DNA of 32,000 nucleotides. It comes from Formosa sp. Hel1_33_131. Its GTDB lineage: Bacteria; Bacteroidota; Bacteroidia; Flavobacteriales; Flavobacteriaceae. Under the pieces are notes generated by a model. The model saw only the letters and a program-made list of their open reading frames with translations, had not been told where the DNA came from and did not search any database. The position numbers were made by a program, and so were the translations under genes. The stretch lies in NCBI RefSeq assembly GCF_001735745.1, contig NZ_CP017260.1:1770001-1802000 (forward strand). Reading direction: 5' to 3'. Within the stretch, counting starts at the first letter, position 1, and each line of letters starts with the position of its first letter. This document shows, in pieces, positions 1 through 8,527 of this stretch.

Positions 1-1
1 A

Positions 2-508
2 CACGGTACCGGAAAAAAGTATTCTAAGCTTTCTATATATGATTTATTCAATACTAATGTTTACGACCTTATTAAGCAAGGTAGATCAGTTCAGAAAGTG
101 ATTATTTGTGTTGAGCCTAACAATATGAATTTGTCATTCCTGTTCAAGTTTACAGATTATAAAATTGGCATTATTGCTAAATATTCTAATTATGCTTTTT
201 GGAATCATGATGAATATTTTAGAGAGACTGGCTATGTTGTAGACCTTCTCAATGAATTGAAAAAGATTTACGACAAATACTCGCATAATGTTTATGGAAG
301 AATAATAAGTGAAGAAGATTCTAAATTAATTCACACATATAATTGTTTTCCAAAAGCTATTGTAGACAAACTTCAAGATGATGGAAATTTCTTTGTTGAA
401 TCACTATTTGAAGATGAATTATCAGAGAAATCATATTACAGAAAATATCAATGGTTTATGGAGTTTCATAAACTATACAGAAGCCACATTCTAAATATTG
501 AAGACTAA
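2..508 (+). CDS. hypothetical protein, probably truncated at the left window edge
   Basis: The ORF track starts at GTG98. The same frame has no stop back to nt 2 (HGTGKKYSKLSIYDLFNTNVYDLIKQGRSVQK then VIICVEPNN...). The true start is therefore outside the window, or GTG98, or ATG125. No motif recognised. Confidence 0.55.
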   Translation, partial: HGTGKKYSKLSIYDLFNTNVYDLIKQGRSVQKVIICVEPNNMNLSFLFKFTDYKIGIIAKYSNYAFWNHDEYFRETGYVVDLLNELKKIYDKYSHNVYGRIISEEDSKLIHTYNCFPKAIVDKLQDDGNFFVESLFEDELSEKSYYRKYQWFMEFHKLYRSHILNIED

Positions 509-1123
509 CTAAAATATCTTTTTATGGACCTTTACGCCATAACTGATGTCTTTTGTAATCAAATTATATTGAGCGCCAACACCAAACCCAAAGTCGCCTT
601 TATTGATATAGTTAATTGAAGCCTCTACGCTTTCAATACCTCGAATAGGGCTTAAATTTACACCAGGAGAAAGATAGAACCCTGAGCCATACTTAACAAT
701 CTTTTTTTCAATAGTATTGGTAATAGTTTTTACATCAACTTCTGCAGTAACCTTATTTTGATATACGGTGCCATCTGAAAGTATCTCGCTATAAATCTTA
801 GCATTCTCCAAATGAGTAGTGTCTTGATACTTATTTAAGTTTTTAACCAAATCTTCATCTCCTTTAGGAATGGGAGTATCTTTATAAACCGGAACTACTC
901 GATCTTTGTAAATTATAGTAGGCTGTTGAATAGGCTGTTGTAATTGCAACTTATTATTAATAGCTTCTTCTACTACTTTTTTTATATCAATAGTAGTAGT
1001 TTCTTTTTCAGTTACGACCTCTCTTTCAGGTTTTAATAAAAACTGATATGTGCCAAATAAAATCAATGCAATAAGAGCGATATCCTTAACATCGATACTA
1101 AATTTCCTGTTTAGATTATTCAC
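509..1123 (-). CDS. membrane-anchored protein with beta-rich C-terminus ending in Phe; last gene of the lysis-type cluster
   Basis: One N-terminal TM helix (IALIALILFGTYQFLL), then a Q/P/T-rich linker. The C-terminus has alternating-hydrophobic strands (GSGFYLSPGVNLSP...GDFGFGVGAQYNLITKDISYGVKVHKKIF). Function is inferred from position only. Confidence 0.6.
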   Translation of the reverse strand: MNNLNRKFSIDVKDIALIALILFGTYQFLLKPEREVVTEKETTTIDIKKVVEEAINNKLQLQQPIQQPTIIYKDRVVPVYKDTPIPKGDEDLVKNLNKYQDTTHLENAKIYSEILSDGTVYQNKVTAEVDVKTITNTIEKKIVKYGSGFYLSPGVNLSPIRGIESVEASINYINKGDFGFGVGAQYNLITKDISYGVKVHKKIF

Positions 1124-1125
1124 GA

Positions 1126-1446
1126 CTAGAACTGATTTTGCAAAGCCTGTATGTAGGTCTTTGGCGTTTGTACACTTTTAATCACACTAACTGGTTTGCC
1201 GTCTTTGAAAATAACAAAAGTAGGTACCGTTTTAAAGCTCAATTCTTTGCTCAATTCATTTACAGGATAAACATCTGCAGCTGCTGAAAAATATACTATA
1301 GGTATATTAGGTAACTTTTGCTCAACTTTTGGCATTAAGGCTTTTACTTCATCACATCTGCTACAAGGTGTAGGATTTGTAAAAAGTATAGCACATACTT
1401 TATTCTTTAAAAGTTTCGGGTAATCTGATTGCTTTAATTCTTTCAT
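1126..1446 (-). CDS. thioredoxin-fold protein (CxxC = CSRC)
   Basis: TNPTPCSRCDEVKALMP followed by TVPTFVIFKDGKPV gives the thioredoxin active-site plus cis-Pro layout. The 106-aa size fits. No signal peptide. Confidence 0.7.
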   Translation of the reverse strand: MKELKQSDYPKLLKNKVCAILFTNPTPCSRCDEVKALMPKVEQKLPNIPIVYFSAAADVYPVNELSKELSFKTVPTFVIFKDGKPVSVIKSVQTPKTYIQALQNQF

Positions 1447-1457
1447 CTTATTTAGGT

Positions 1458-2045
1458 TTAAAATTCTTTTAATAATGCATAATCAACAAGCTTATTCCGT
1501 TTCCAAACAGCATTAACCATTTGACGATAATCGCCCATTCTATTCCATACTTGACACGCAAAAGACCATCCATTTATAAAGTCTTTTTTTGCTACGCTAT
1601 AAGGGTTGTAATCAACTCCGTGCATATTTGCATAGATGATTTCAAAGTGTAATTCTCCTTGCTCTTCTGAAAATTTGTCTTTATCGGAATCTCTATAATA
1701 ATAGATTGGCTTGTTTTGGCGTAAAGCTCTCATTCTGCCTTTATGATAACCACGTTTAAATAGGTTAGGATAGAATACATCTGTTTTCCAAATAGCAGCA
1801 CCAGGAAGATTGTATTGGTCATAAAAATATAATGCCGTTTTTCCTGCATTGGTAGTTCCAGAACTTACTTGTTTGAAATCAAGACCATCAAAGACATAGA
1901 ATTTATCATCAAACACATTAAAGGCATCTTCTTGGGATTGCACGCCAATTATTAGATACTTTCCTCTATTTGGGATTGTACCACCTATACGTTCAACTTG
2001 TTCAAGAAGCTGATTGTCTGTATATGATTTAATATTGGTCTTCAT
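1458..2045 (-). CDS. putative cell-wall hydrolase / endolysin candidate (YkuD-like His...Cys motif)
   Basis: NMHGVDYNPYSVAKKDFINGWSFACQVWNRMGDY resembles the L,D-transpeptidase-fold motif H-G-x(~17)-S-x-G-C. It lies directly downstream of, and overlaps, two multi-TM holin-like genes. The call rests on one motif plus position. Confidence 0.45.
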   Translation of the reverse strand: MKTNIKSYTDNQLLEQVERIGGTIPNRGKYLIIGVQSQEDAFNVFDDKFYVFDGLDFKQVSSGTTNAGKTALYFYDQYNLPGAAIWKTDVFYPNLFKRGYHKGRMRALRQNKPIYYYRDSDKDKFSEEQGELHFEIIYANMHGVDYNPYSVAKKDFINGWSFACQVWNRMGDYRQMVNAVWKRNKLVDYALLKEF

Positions 2046-2400
2046 CTTCCTTTTCTTTTTTATCCATATCTACACCATAGCGCTTTTCTAAATAACCTTT
2101 CATTGCAACATCAATCCAATTAGGAACATTTGTTGTAATCATCTTTAGAAATTTATCATAGCCATAACCAAGAACAAATAGAATTCCCATCGAATACCAT
2201 TCGTTATGGAGTTTTGCTCGATGTAAAGCGTAACTTATAGTAAGTCCAACGATTACTACAATTAGCAAGGTTACAAGGTGTTCCCATGGACGTTTTTTCT
2301 CTTTGTTCTGAATAGATATCAGAACACGTAATAAGCCACCTGCAAAAGCTACAGCAGTACCTATTAGTAAAAATTTAATATTTTCTAAATTCATTCTCAT
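2029..2400 (-). CDS. holin candidate (3 TM, charged C-terminal tail)
   Basis: Three hydrophobic helices (FLLIGTAVAFAGGLLRVLISI; LVTLLIVVIVGLTISYAL; SMGILFVLGYGY) and an acidic/basic tail KKEKEDEDQY. It overlaps the endolysin candidate by 17 nt. Confidence 0.55.
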   Translation of the reverse strand: MRMNLENIKFLLIGTAVAFAGGLLRVLISIQNKEKKRPWEHLVTLLIVVIVGLTISYALHRAKLHNEWYSMGILFVLGYGYDKFLKMITTNVPNWIDVAMKGYLEKRYGVDMDKKEKEDEDQY

Positions 2401-2764
2401 TTAATTTATTTAGGTAAAACTTTTCAGCAGCTTTTATAAATAATGGAGCTACGAGTTGAATTATTCCGCTAATGAGCATAATTGTTACCCACATTATATT
2501 TACTCCATCAATAAGCTTTTCTTTATTCCATACATCAATAATGTATTTTATGTTTCCAATGTTCTCGAATACGAGTCCAAAAACAATGAATTGACAAAAC
2601 ACTTTTGTAAACACATAAGGAGATTTAATGACAGCTCTACGTAAGTGTATAATGAATGATAAAACTGTAATTGCACAAGGAATCATATAAAGGTATGAGT
2701 GCCTTTTTATTGATAAATCGTTATCTATTATAAGCTGCGCTATGGTGCTGAAAAAATCATCCAT
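2375..2764 (-). CDS. multi-TM membrane protein (second holin/antiholin candidate)
   Basis: Three predicted TM helices (MIPCAITVLSFIIHL; FCQFIVFGLVF; IMWVTIMLISGIIQLVAPLFI). It overlaps the downstream holin candidate. Confidence 0.5.
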   Translation of the reverse strand: MDDFFSTIAQLIIDNDLSIKRHSYLYMIPCAITVLSFIIHLRRAVIKSPYVFTKVFCQFIVFGLVFENIGNIKYIIDVWNKEKLIDGVNIMWVTIMLISGIIQLVAPLFIKAAEKFYLNKLNENEFRKY

Positions 2765-3342
2765 TAGAAAAACAGTTTTATCAGATTGTTTACATCAACT
2801 CTAAACAATACAATCAAAATGATTATAATAACTACAGCAACCCATTTAAGCTCTCTTTTCCAGTTAACCTTATAGTCTTTAAGAAATAATTCTTTTAGAT
2901 TTTGCATTTCTTTTTTATCATCTATGCTCATTTTTCTATTCTTAATTATATAAGCATATGGAACGAATAATGGAATTTTAAGTAGCAACAAATAGAATCG
3001 TTTACCAGTTTCAATAGAACTCTTTTTGTGAGCTTCCATTTCCTTTTTGATAATCAAATCTGCGATGTACTGGTGTTTGAAGTTTCCTGCCACATTTAAA
3101 GCGACATACAAAACATCATGTAGCATAGCTTCAGGTTCAAGCCCATGAAAAGCTAAATCTTCGGTCATCGTGGCACCATCATAACTATCTGGATTCTGAA
3201 CACAATAATCGTAAGCCCATAAATACACATCAATTATTGATTGAGGTCTATTGTATAATTTTAAATAATTAATTAGCCATTTTCTATGTTCAGATAGAAA
3301 ACTTATGTCTTTATGAAAAAAGTTATTTACACTCATTATCAA
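2764..3342 (-). CDS. hypothetical protein with C-terminal TM anchor
   Basis: 192-aa ORF. Internal hydrophobic segment FYLLLLKIPLFVPYAYII and C-terminal helix WVAVVIIIILIVLF. Its stop abuts the start of the next gene. Confidence 0.5.
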   Translation of the reverse strand: MIMSVNNFFHKDISFLSEHRKWLINYLKLYNRPQSIIDVYLWAYDYCVQNPDSYDGATMTEDLAFHGLEPEAMLHDVLYVALNVAGNFKHQYIADLIIKKEMEAHKKSSIETGKRFYLLLLKIPLFVPYAYIIKNRKMSIDDKKEMQNLKELFLKDYKVNWKRELKWVAVVIIIILIVLFRVDVNNLIKLFF

Positions 3343-3429
3343 GCACCTTAATATGTTCAGATGCTAATTTCTAAATTAAATGAGTGCTTTAATTATGGAA
3401 TTGCTTGATAAATCCGTAGGTTCTCTTCT

Positions 3430-3768
3430 TTATCTAATGAAGTTATAAAACTTGCGTTTTTTGAGATAATTCAGATCCTTTTCAAATGAGTATGCTTCTC
3501 TTTCAAAAATGATATTTCTATATGCAGTTTTCCAGTTTCTATATTTCGCATATTTTACTATGAAATCAATTAGGTACCATAAGTAAAAGAAAATAAGAAG
3601 CAATTCTAATTGCTGTCTTAAATGTATTCTTTCGTGGTTTAATCTAACAGGATTGATATATTCCTTCTTTTTGAAAAATATAAAAGGAAATATAGCCATT
3701 GCTGCATACCCTTTTCTAACTATAAATTTACTTACTATTATCATCTTACTAATTTTTGACCACACCAA
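3430..3768 (-). CDS. small membrane protein with HExxH zinc-metallopeptidase motif
   Basis: NHERIHLRQQLE (HExxH) with a downstream FEREAY, plus hydrophobic helices. The likely real start is the ATG at 3744..3742, which forms an ATGA overlap with the TGA stop (3743..3741) of the 1215-aa tail gene. Confidence 0.55.
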   Translation of the reverse strand: MVWSKISKMIIVSKFIVRKGYAAMAIFPFIFFKKKEYINPVRLNHERIHLRQQLELLLIFFYLWYLIDFIVKYAKYRNWKTAYRNIIFEREAYSFEKDLNYLKKRKFYNFIR

Positions 3769-6700
3769 TACGAACCATCATAGACAAAGAACCAACAATC
3801 TCCATCTGCAATACCTACACTACTTACCTGTGTGTGAGTTAAAATATTTACTCCATTTGCATGAACAGTTACACCTCCATTAATGCGCTTTACATAAATC
3901 ATTCTACCAATATGTCTACTAGATGTAGGTAAATAAACATTTGTAGTTCCGTTATAGTAGCAAGAAATATAATCTTCTGTGCCACTTATTGTATGACTAG
4001 ACCCTGTTACTGTTTTTACATTTAGGAATAGTCCATAGGTTTTTAATCCAAAGAATAATCCGCCATAAGCTGGAGCAGGGTCACTTGCTGAATTTGAAGC
4101 CCTACCTACAACACCTGCTATTGCATTATTACCGCCATAAGCTGATCTATTTAATTTACCAAAACCAAGTCCAACGACAGCTCCTTTTATTTCAACTCCT
4201 GAACTAGCAGGTAAAGCTTGAGTTCCTGCAAAATTGGCAAATACACCTTCGCTATCTACATAAGAAACACCTGAATTTTGATAAGAATCGCCTGTATGTC
4301 TAGCCTCTAATCGACCTTGAGTACTATCGAGTTTTAAAGTATGCTCGTAAGTTCTTGTGCCTCCTGAATTTGTATAAGTAGTCATTGGCGAAACAAGTGT
4401 TAACTTTCCGTTAGCACCATCAAATTGAGCTCTTGGAGTTCCATTATACTCGTTTTGTGAGGTAATCTTACCGTCTTTAATAATCCAATCAGCAATGTTG
4501 GCGTTTTCTGCCAATAATAAGTTTGTGGCTACACTTTCAAATTGAGCACCAAACGTTTCCCAGTTTGCATCAGACCATGCTAAGGCTACTCCATTAGTTC
4601 CATTGTATAAATAATAAACATCATTATATTTTACTACATCTCTACGAATATCATTGTTATAGTATAAAGTACTTTGATTAAATACACCTCGATAAACTAT
4701 TCCTGGTCCATCATTTCCGTCTTGACCATTAGCACCATCTTGACCATCCTGTCCGTCTTCGCCATTATCTCCATTATTACCTGATATTCTAACAGGAGTA
4801 GACCAACTTTCTAAAAGATTTCCGTCGGCATCTTTTAATGCTTTTGACATCCACAAAGGATCTGTTCCTTCAGATGGTGCATCAAACCATCCAACAGGAT
4901 TATTTCCAGTTAGAGTATAGATGTTGTTTATAAAACTTACGGCTATAAAACCATCTTCTACAAAGTTTACAGGATAACGCCTAAAAACATAATCAATATA
5001 GTTGCCAGTCGTTCCTGCAGAACCATCAGAACCATCTTCTCCAACAATTTGTATAGCTGCTGACCATGAGCCACTACCAACTCTTTGGCGCATATAAATA
5101 TCAGTAGCCTGAAAAGGTGGGTTATGCCAATTGGTACCATCAATAGAATATTGAATTGCAATACTATCTCCTGATGCTCCTGCTTCTGCAGAAACATCCC
5201 AGTAATCTGTATTTGTAGGTGCTTTGCCTACTTGTGGCGTTTCACTAGAAAATATATAAGTGCTTCCATTGTAGCTCACTTGGTCGCCTAAATAATAATA
5301 TTCAGCAGGGTCGTATTCTCCACGATAAACTGCAATAGGAAATACATCTCCTGCAGGGCTTTGAACTAAACCACCTCGAATAGTTAATTTGTCAGGATTA
5401 GTTACATTCCAATCCATACCAACTTGACTATTACCTATTTTTAATTGATTAGAATCTAAATCAAAATAGTTTAAGCCATCTATCGATTGAACTCGACCAG
5501 TTGTTATGAATTTTCCATTTATTGTAGTCTGACCATAAGTCAAACTAATTCCTCTAACATCATCTACAACGGAATGAACTACACCTATTAAAAAGTAGTA
5601 ATAATCAGATTCTTCTGTATTGTATTGGGTAGTTGAAATTTCAAACAGTCCATTATTACCATCTTTTACACATTTAGCATAAATATAATAGTGAGTTTCC
5701 GGAGTATCTAATACAACTATATTTCCTGTAAGATTCCATTCTTTCACACTATCATCATTAATAGTAAAATGAACTAATGTACCATTGCCACATCTAACCT
5801 TATTTGGATTGCTTTCATAATTTGCTTCAATAAGAAGATTACGAATTATAAATTGTTGACCTTTTGAGCCAACTGTGAGCATACTGGTTTCGATGCTTAA
5901 AGGTCTTATGTTGTCTGTATCAAAATAGCCGTCAGGGTCAAACAAAGAATCTCTTAACTCGTCAATGTTTCGCAGATTTCTACGAATTTGATTATACTGT
6001 ACGGTTCTATCAAAACGCTCTATTGCTATTGAATTTTGTAATTCTAACTGATTAGAAAGCACTCTAGTAATGTAGCCAACTGAAACTTTATCACCAACCT
6101 TCATAGAATATAGGTAAGGGTTAGCAATGCTTTGCGTAAAACTTATTACTCTAGTTTCAAATGATACTCCAAAATCGGCATCAGAAACCTCAATTATATC
6201 GCCAATATTTAGCTGTATTAAATTCTTTCTCAAGAATGGATAATCTGGAACTATATTGTAAATGACATTTGGCAAGCTATTTTCGCTTAAGTATTCATTT
6301 GCCTTGGTTAATAATTCCTGTTCTGCATTATCAATATATGATTGTGGCATTTCGATATCATGCAACACATACTTATCGTCTACTTGTGGTTTTAAATCAT
6401 CATTTGGCAATACTAATCCATTTGTATCTTCATATTGAATTATTACAAATTCTTTAGATGAGTTTGTGAATTGAGTTATCTCAAATTCATATCCTGCTAA
6501 TAATCCAGTATTAAAAGTCAGTTTTGCAGTAACACCATCTATGAGTTGATTGTTTACATCAAAATCAATAGTATTATCATTAAACTTGAAAATATCATCA
6601 CCTAAAGCGGTTACAGTACCTTCTCTATGTGGATAAACATCTTCAAAGTTTACAACGCCCTCTATCATTCCAAAAAGGCTAGTATTTTGCTCAATGTAAC

Positions 6701-7388
6701 CATCCGAATTTGGTAATTTTAATCGCTTACTACCATACTCGTTGGTAACATTTCTAGTGCCACCAAATGCGTAAAGACGAGTTACAAGGTTTTGATCTGT
6801 TAATTTTTGGCGTTCAATATTTCGAAGTCCATTTTTAAACTCAAATGAAAGCCCTAAATCACTACCTATTTTATCTGCAAAATGTATCGTTTTGCCATCA
6901 TCAGAAAAGTAGAATTCCTTATTAAATTCTTTACTTATATTTTGAAGGACATTAAGACAATTATTATTTGTAAAGTTTAGATTTTTAGCATCTGTAGATG
7001 GCATTGTAGCAAGTTGATAATACCCATCTCCTGCAAGTCTATTAAGATTAACAATAATTAAATTGGTAAACTTTTGTAAATCGCCAACCAAATAAAATTC
7101 TCCTTGACCATCCAATAAATACATTGAGTTAATCAATCGATACTGGTCGCTTTCAAAATCAATACTATATTGAAATTGATTTGATTGTACTTTTTTTTCA
7201 GATGGTTGTTTGAAAATAGTATAGCGCTTATTACGCCAATTGACATAATCCCCAATTTTAAAGTTGAAAAAAATATCCATTGTAAAATTACATTGGATAA
7301 AGTCTTCGCCTTGTAAAGTCTGTTTTAATTGAGTTTTATTATCAATGACAACATCTATGATTTCGGATGTGCCTCTGTAGACTTTCAT
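3741..7388 (-). CDS. large tail fibre / Tal-like baseplate protein (host-recognition candidate)
   Basis: 1215 aa, the last big gene of the tail module. The N-terminal ~220 aa look like the siphovirus minor-structural/Tal N-domain. Two Gly-X-Y runs are present. Aromatic repeats of the Y..GD.V.YNG..Y...W type (YYLGDQVSYNGSTYIF...DYWDV; VVKYNDVYYLYNG...WSDANW) suggest carbohydrate binding. Confidence 0.75.
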   Translation of the reverse strand: MKVYRGTSEIIDVVIDNKTQLKQTLQGEDFIQCNFTMDIFFNFKIGDYVNWRNKRYTIFKQPSEKKVQSNQFQYSIDFESDQYRLINSMYLLDGQGEFYLVGDLQKFTNLIIVNLNRLAGDGYYQLATMPSTDAKNLNFTNNNCLNVLQNISKEFNKEFYFSDDGKTIHFADKIGSDLGLSFEFKNGLRNIERQKLTDQNLVTRLYAFGGTRNVTNEYGSKRLKLPNSDGYIEQNTSLFGMIEGVVNFEDVYPHREGTVTALGDDIFKFNDNTIDFDVNNQLIDGVTAKLTFNTGLLAGYEFEITQFTNSSKEFVIIQYEDTNGLVLPNDDLKPQVDDKYVLHDIEMPQSYIDNAEQELLTKANEYLSENSLPNVIYNIVPDYPFLRKNLIQLNIGDIIEVSDADFGVSFETRVISFTQSIANPYLYSMKVGDKVSVGYITRVLSNQLELQNSIAIERFDRTVQYNQIRRNLRNIDELRDSLFDPDGYFDTDNIRPLSIETSMLTVGSKGQQFIIRNLLIEANYESNPNKVRCGNGTLVHFTINDDSVKEWNLTGNIVVLDTPETHYYIYAKCVKDGNNGLFEISTTQYNTEESDYYYFLIGVVHSVVDDVRGISLTYGQTTINGKFITTGRVQSIDGLNYFDLDSNQLKIGNSQVGMDWNVTNPDKLTIRGGLVQSPAGDVFPIAVYRGEYDPAEYYYLGDQVSYNGSTYIFSSETPQVGKAPTNTDYWDVSAEAGASGDSIAIQYSIDGTNWHNPPFQATDIYMRQRVGSGSWSAAIQIVGEDGSDGSAGTTGNYIDYVFRRYPVNFVEDGFIAVSFINNIYTLTGNNPVGWFDAPSEGTDPLWMSKALKDADGNLLESWSTPVRISGNNGDNGEDGQDGQDGANGQDGNDGPGIVYRGVFNQSTLYYNNDIRRDVVKYNDVYYLYNGTNGVALAWSDANWETFGAQFESVATNLLLAENANIADWIIKDGKITSQNEYNGTPRAQFDGANGKLTLVSPMTTYTNSGGTRTYEHTLKLDSTQGRLEARHTGDSYQNSGVSYVDSEGVFANFAGTQALPASSGVEIKGAVVGLGFGKLNRSAYGGNNAIAGVVGRASNSASDPAPAYGGLFFGLKTYGLFLNVKTVTGSSHTISGTEDYISCYYNGTTNVYLPTSSRHIGRMIYVKRINGGVTVHANGVNILTHTQVSSVGIADGDCWFFVYDGSYWCGQKLVR
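4701..4781 (-). repeat. collagen-like Gly-X-Y run (9 triplets) inside the tail fibre gene
   Basis: GNNGDNGEDGQDGQDGANGQDGNDGPG read directly from the translation. A second shorter run, GEDGSDGSAGTTGN, is encoded at 5001..5042. Confidence 0.9.
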
Positions 7389-7897
7389 TAAAACTTAAAT
7401 TGCTTACCAATTGGTTCGCCATTAATAATAACCTTTTGTAAAATAAATGTTTTTACAAGTAATTGACCCATTTCATCAAGCTCTGGATTAATATCGACAG
7501 GCTCCCCTATTTTATCAGTAAAATACTTTTGGGCTGAATTATAATTGGGATAACCAACTTCGATTAATTCATCACCTTTTAGTTTTCCTCCATTACCCAA
7601 GTAAGCAAACAAATCTTTAGTTTCTCCATCAATGGTAATGTAAGTAGGCGTATCTGAGCCATCAAATACTAAAGTAGTTTCAGCTAGTTTTTTTATTACC
7701 TCTACATCTTTCTCTTCAAATCCTCCTTCTGTAGGAGTTATTTGTTTTTCAATAATCTTTTGTTTAAGACGAAAAGATATTTTTAGTTCTTTACTATCAA
7801 AATCATCAGCAGATACACCATCTGTTATAAATGTGTCTTTAAATGCTTCTCCTGTAATAGGATTTGAATAACTGTTATTTAATTGTACTAATTTCAT
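7388..7897 (-). CDS. hypothetical tail/baseplate protein
   Basis: 169-aa ORF that overlaps both neighbouring tail genes by 1-4 nt. Assignment is by position only. Confidence 0.45.
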   Translation of the reverse strand: MKLVQLNNSYSNPITGEAFKDTFITDGVSADDFDSKELKISFRLKQKIIEKQITPTEGGFEEKDVEVIKKLAETTLVFDGSDTPTYITIDGETKDLFAYLGNGGKLKGDELIEVGYPNYNSAQKYFTDKIGEPVDINPELDEMGQLLVKTFILQKVIINGEPIGKQFKF

Positions 7898-8520
7898 TGT
7901 GCTACAGGTAAATTGTTAGTATGTATTTTTGTAATATTTTGAAAGGCTGAAGTCTCAAGAGCAACATTCCATCCTGTTAACCAATAAGGCGCAGTATAGG
8001 TGTAATGAGAAAATAGAGATTCTTTTATAACCACTTTAGGGTAACTCCATGTAGAATTGAGTTCTCCGATATAAAAGCAACATTTAGTTCCATCATGCCC
8101 AAATCTAACAGTAAAATTTCTGTCTAATTTAGAAGCGATGATTTGCACCGAAGTATTATACCATGATGCTGCCGTAGGAGTATATCCCGATACAATTAAA
8201 CTTATGGATTCATTTGTTGTATAGTCATATATTTCTACATACAATTTTATCATTGTGTTAGTCCAAGAATTAGGAAGTGTTATTTTTATTGACCCTGTAA
8301 CACCTCCGCTAAAAACATTTCGTGCGTCTAATGGAGTTAGAGTTGTTATACCATTTTTGTAAATAGCCTCATTGGTTTTTACTTTGGCAGCTAACTCATT
8401 AATAGAATTATAACCTGTTTCACTAGACTTTGTTCTGTCGTCTAATTCCTTTAACCATGCAGCAGCTTCAGGTACTGTAAAAGTTGTTCCGTTATGTTGG
8501 CGTATATTATTTTGATTCAT
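7894..8520 (-). CDS. hypothetical tail/baseplate protein (beta-rich)
   Basis: 208-aa ORF between the Dit-like and fibre genes. Beta-rich composition and no catalytic motif. Assignment is by position only. Confidence 0.45.
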   Translation of the reverse strand: MNQNNIRQHNGTTFTVPEAAAWLKELDDRTKSSETGYNSINELAAKVKTNEAIYKNGITTLTPLDARNVFSGGVTGSIKITLPNSWTNTMIKLYVEIYDYTTNESISLIVSGYTPTAASWYNTSVQIIASKLDRNFTVRFGHDGTKCCFYIGELNSTWSYPKVVIKESLFSHYTYTAPYWLTGWNVALETSAFQNITKIHTNNLPVAQ

Positions 8521-8527
8521 TTTTTCT

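Noticed and set aside
1126-1446. Thioredoxin as part of a ribonucleotide reductase/nucleotide metabolism module.
   Set aside because: No RNR or other nucleotide-metabolism gene is nearby. It is embedded in the lysis-type cluster, so its role is left open.
3343-3429. AAGCAC...GTGCTT inverted repeat as a terminator after the HExxH gene.
   Set aside because: The 6-bp stem has a loop of about 38 nt and no T-run, so it is not a credible intrinsic terminator.
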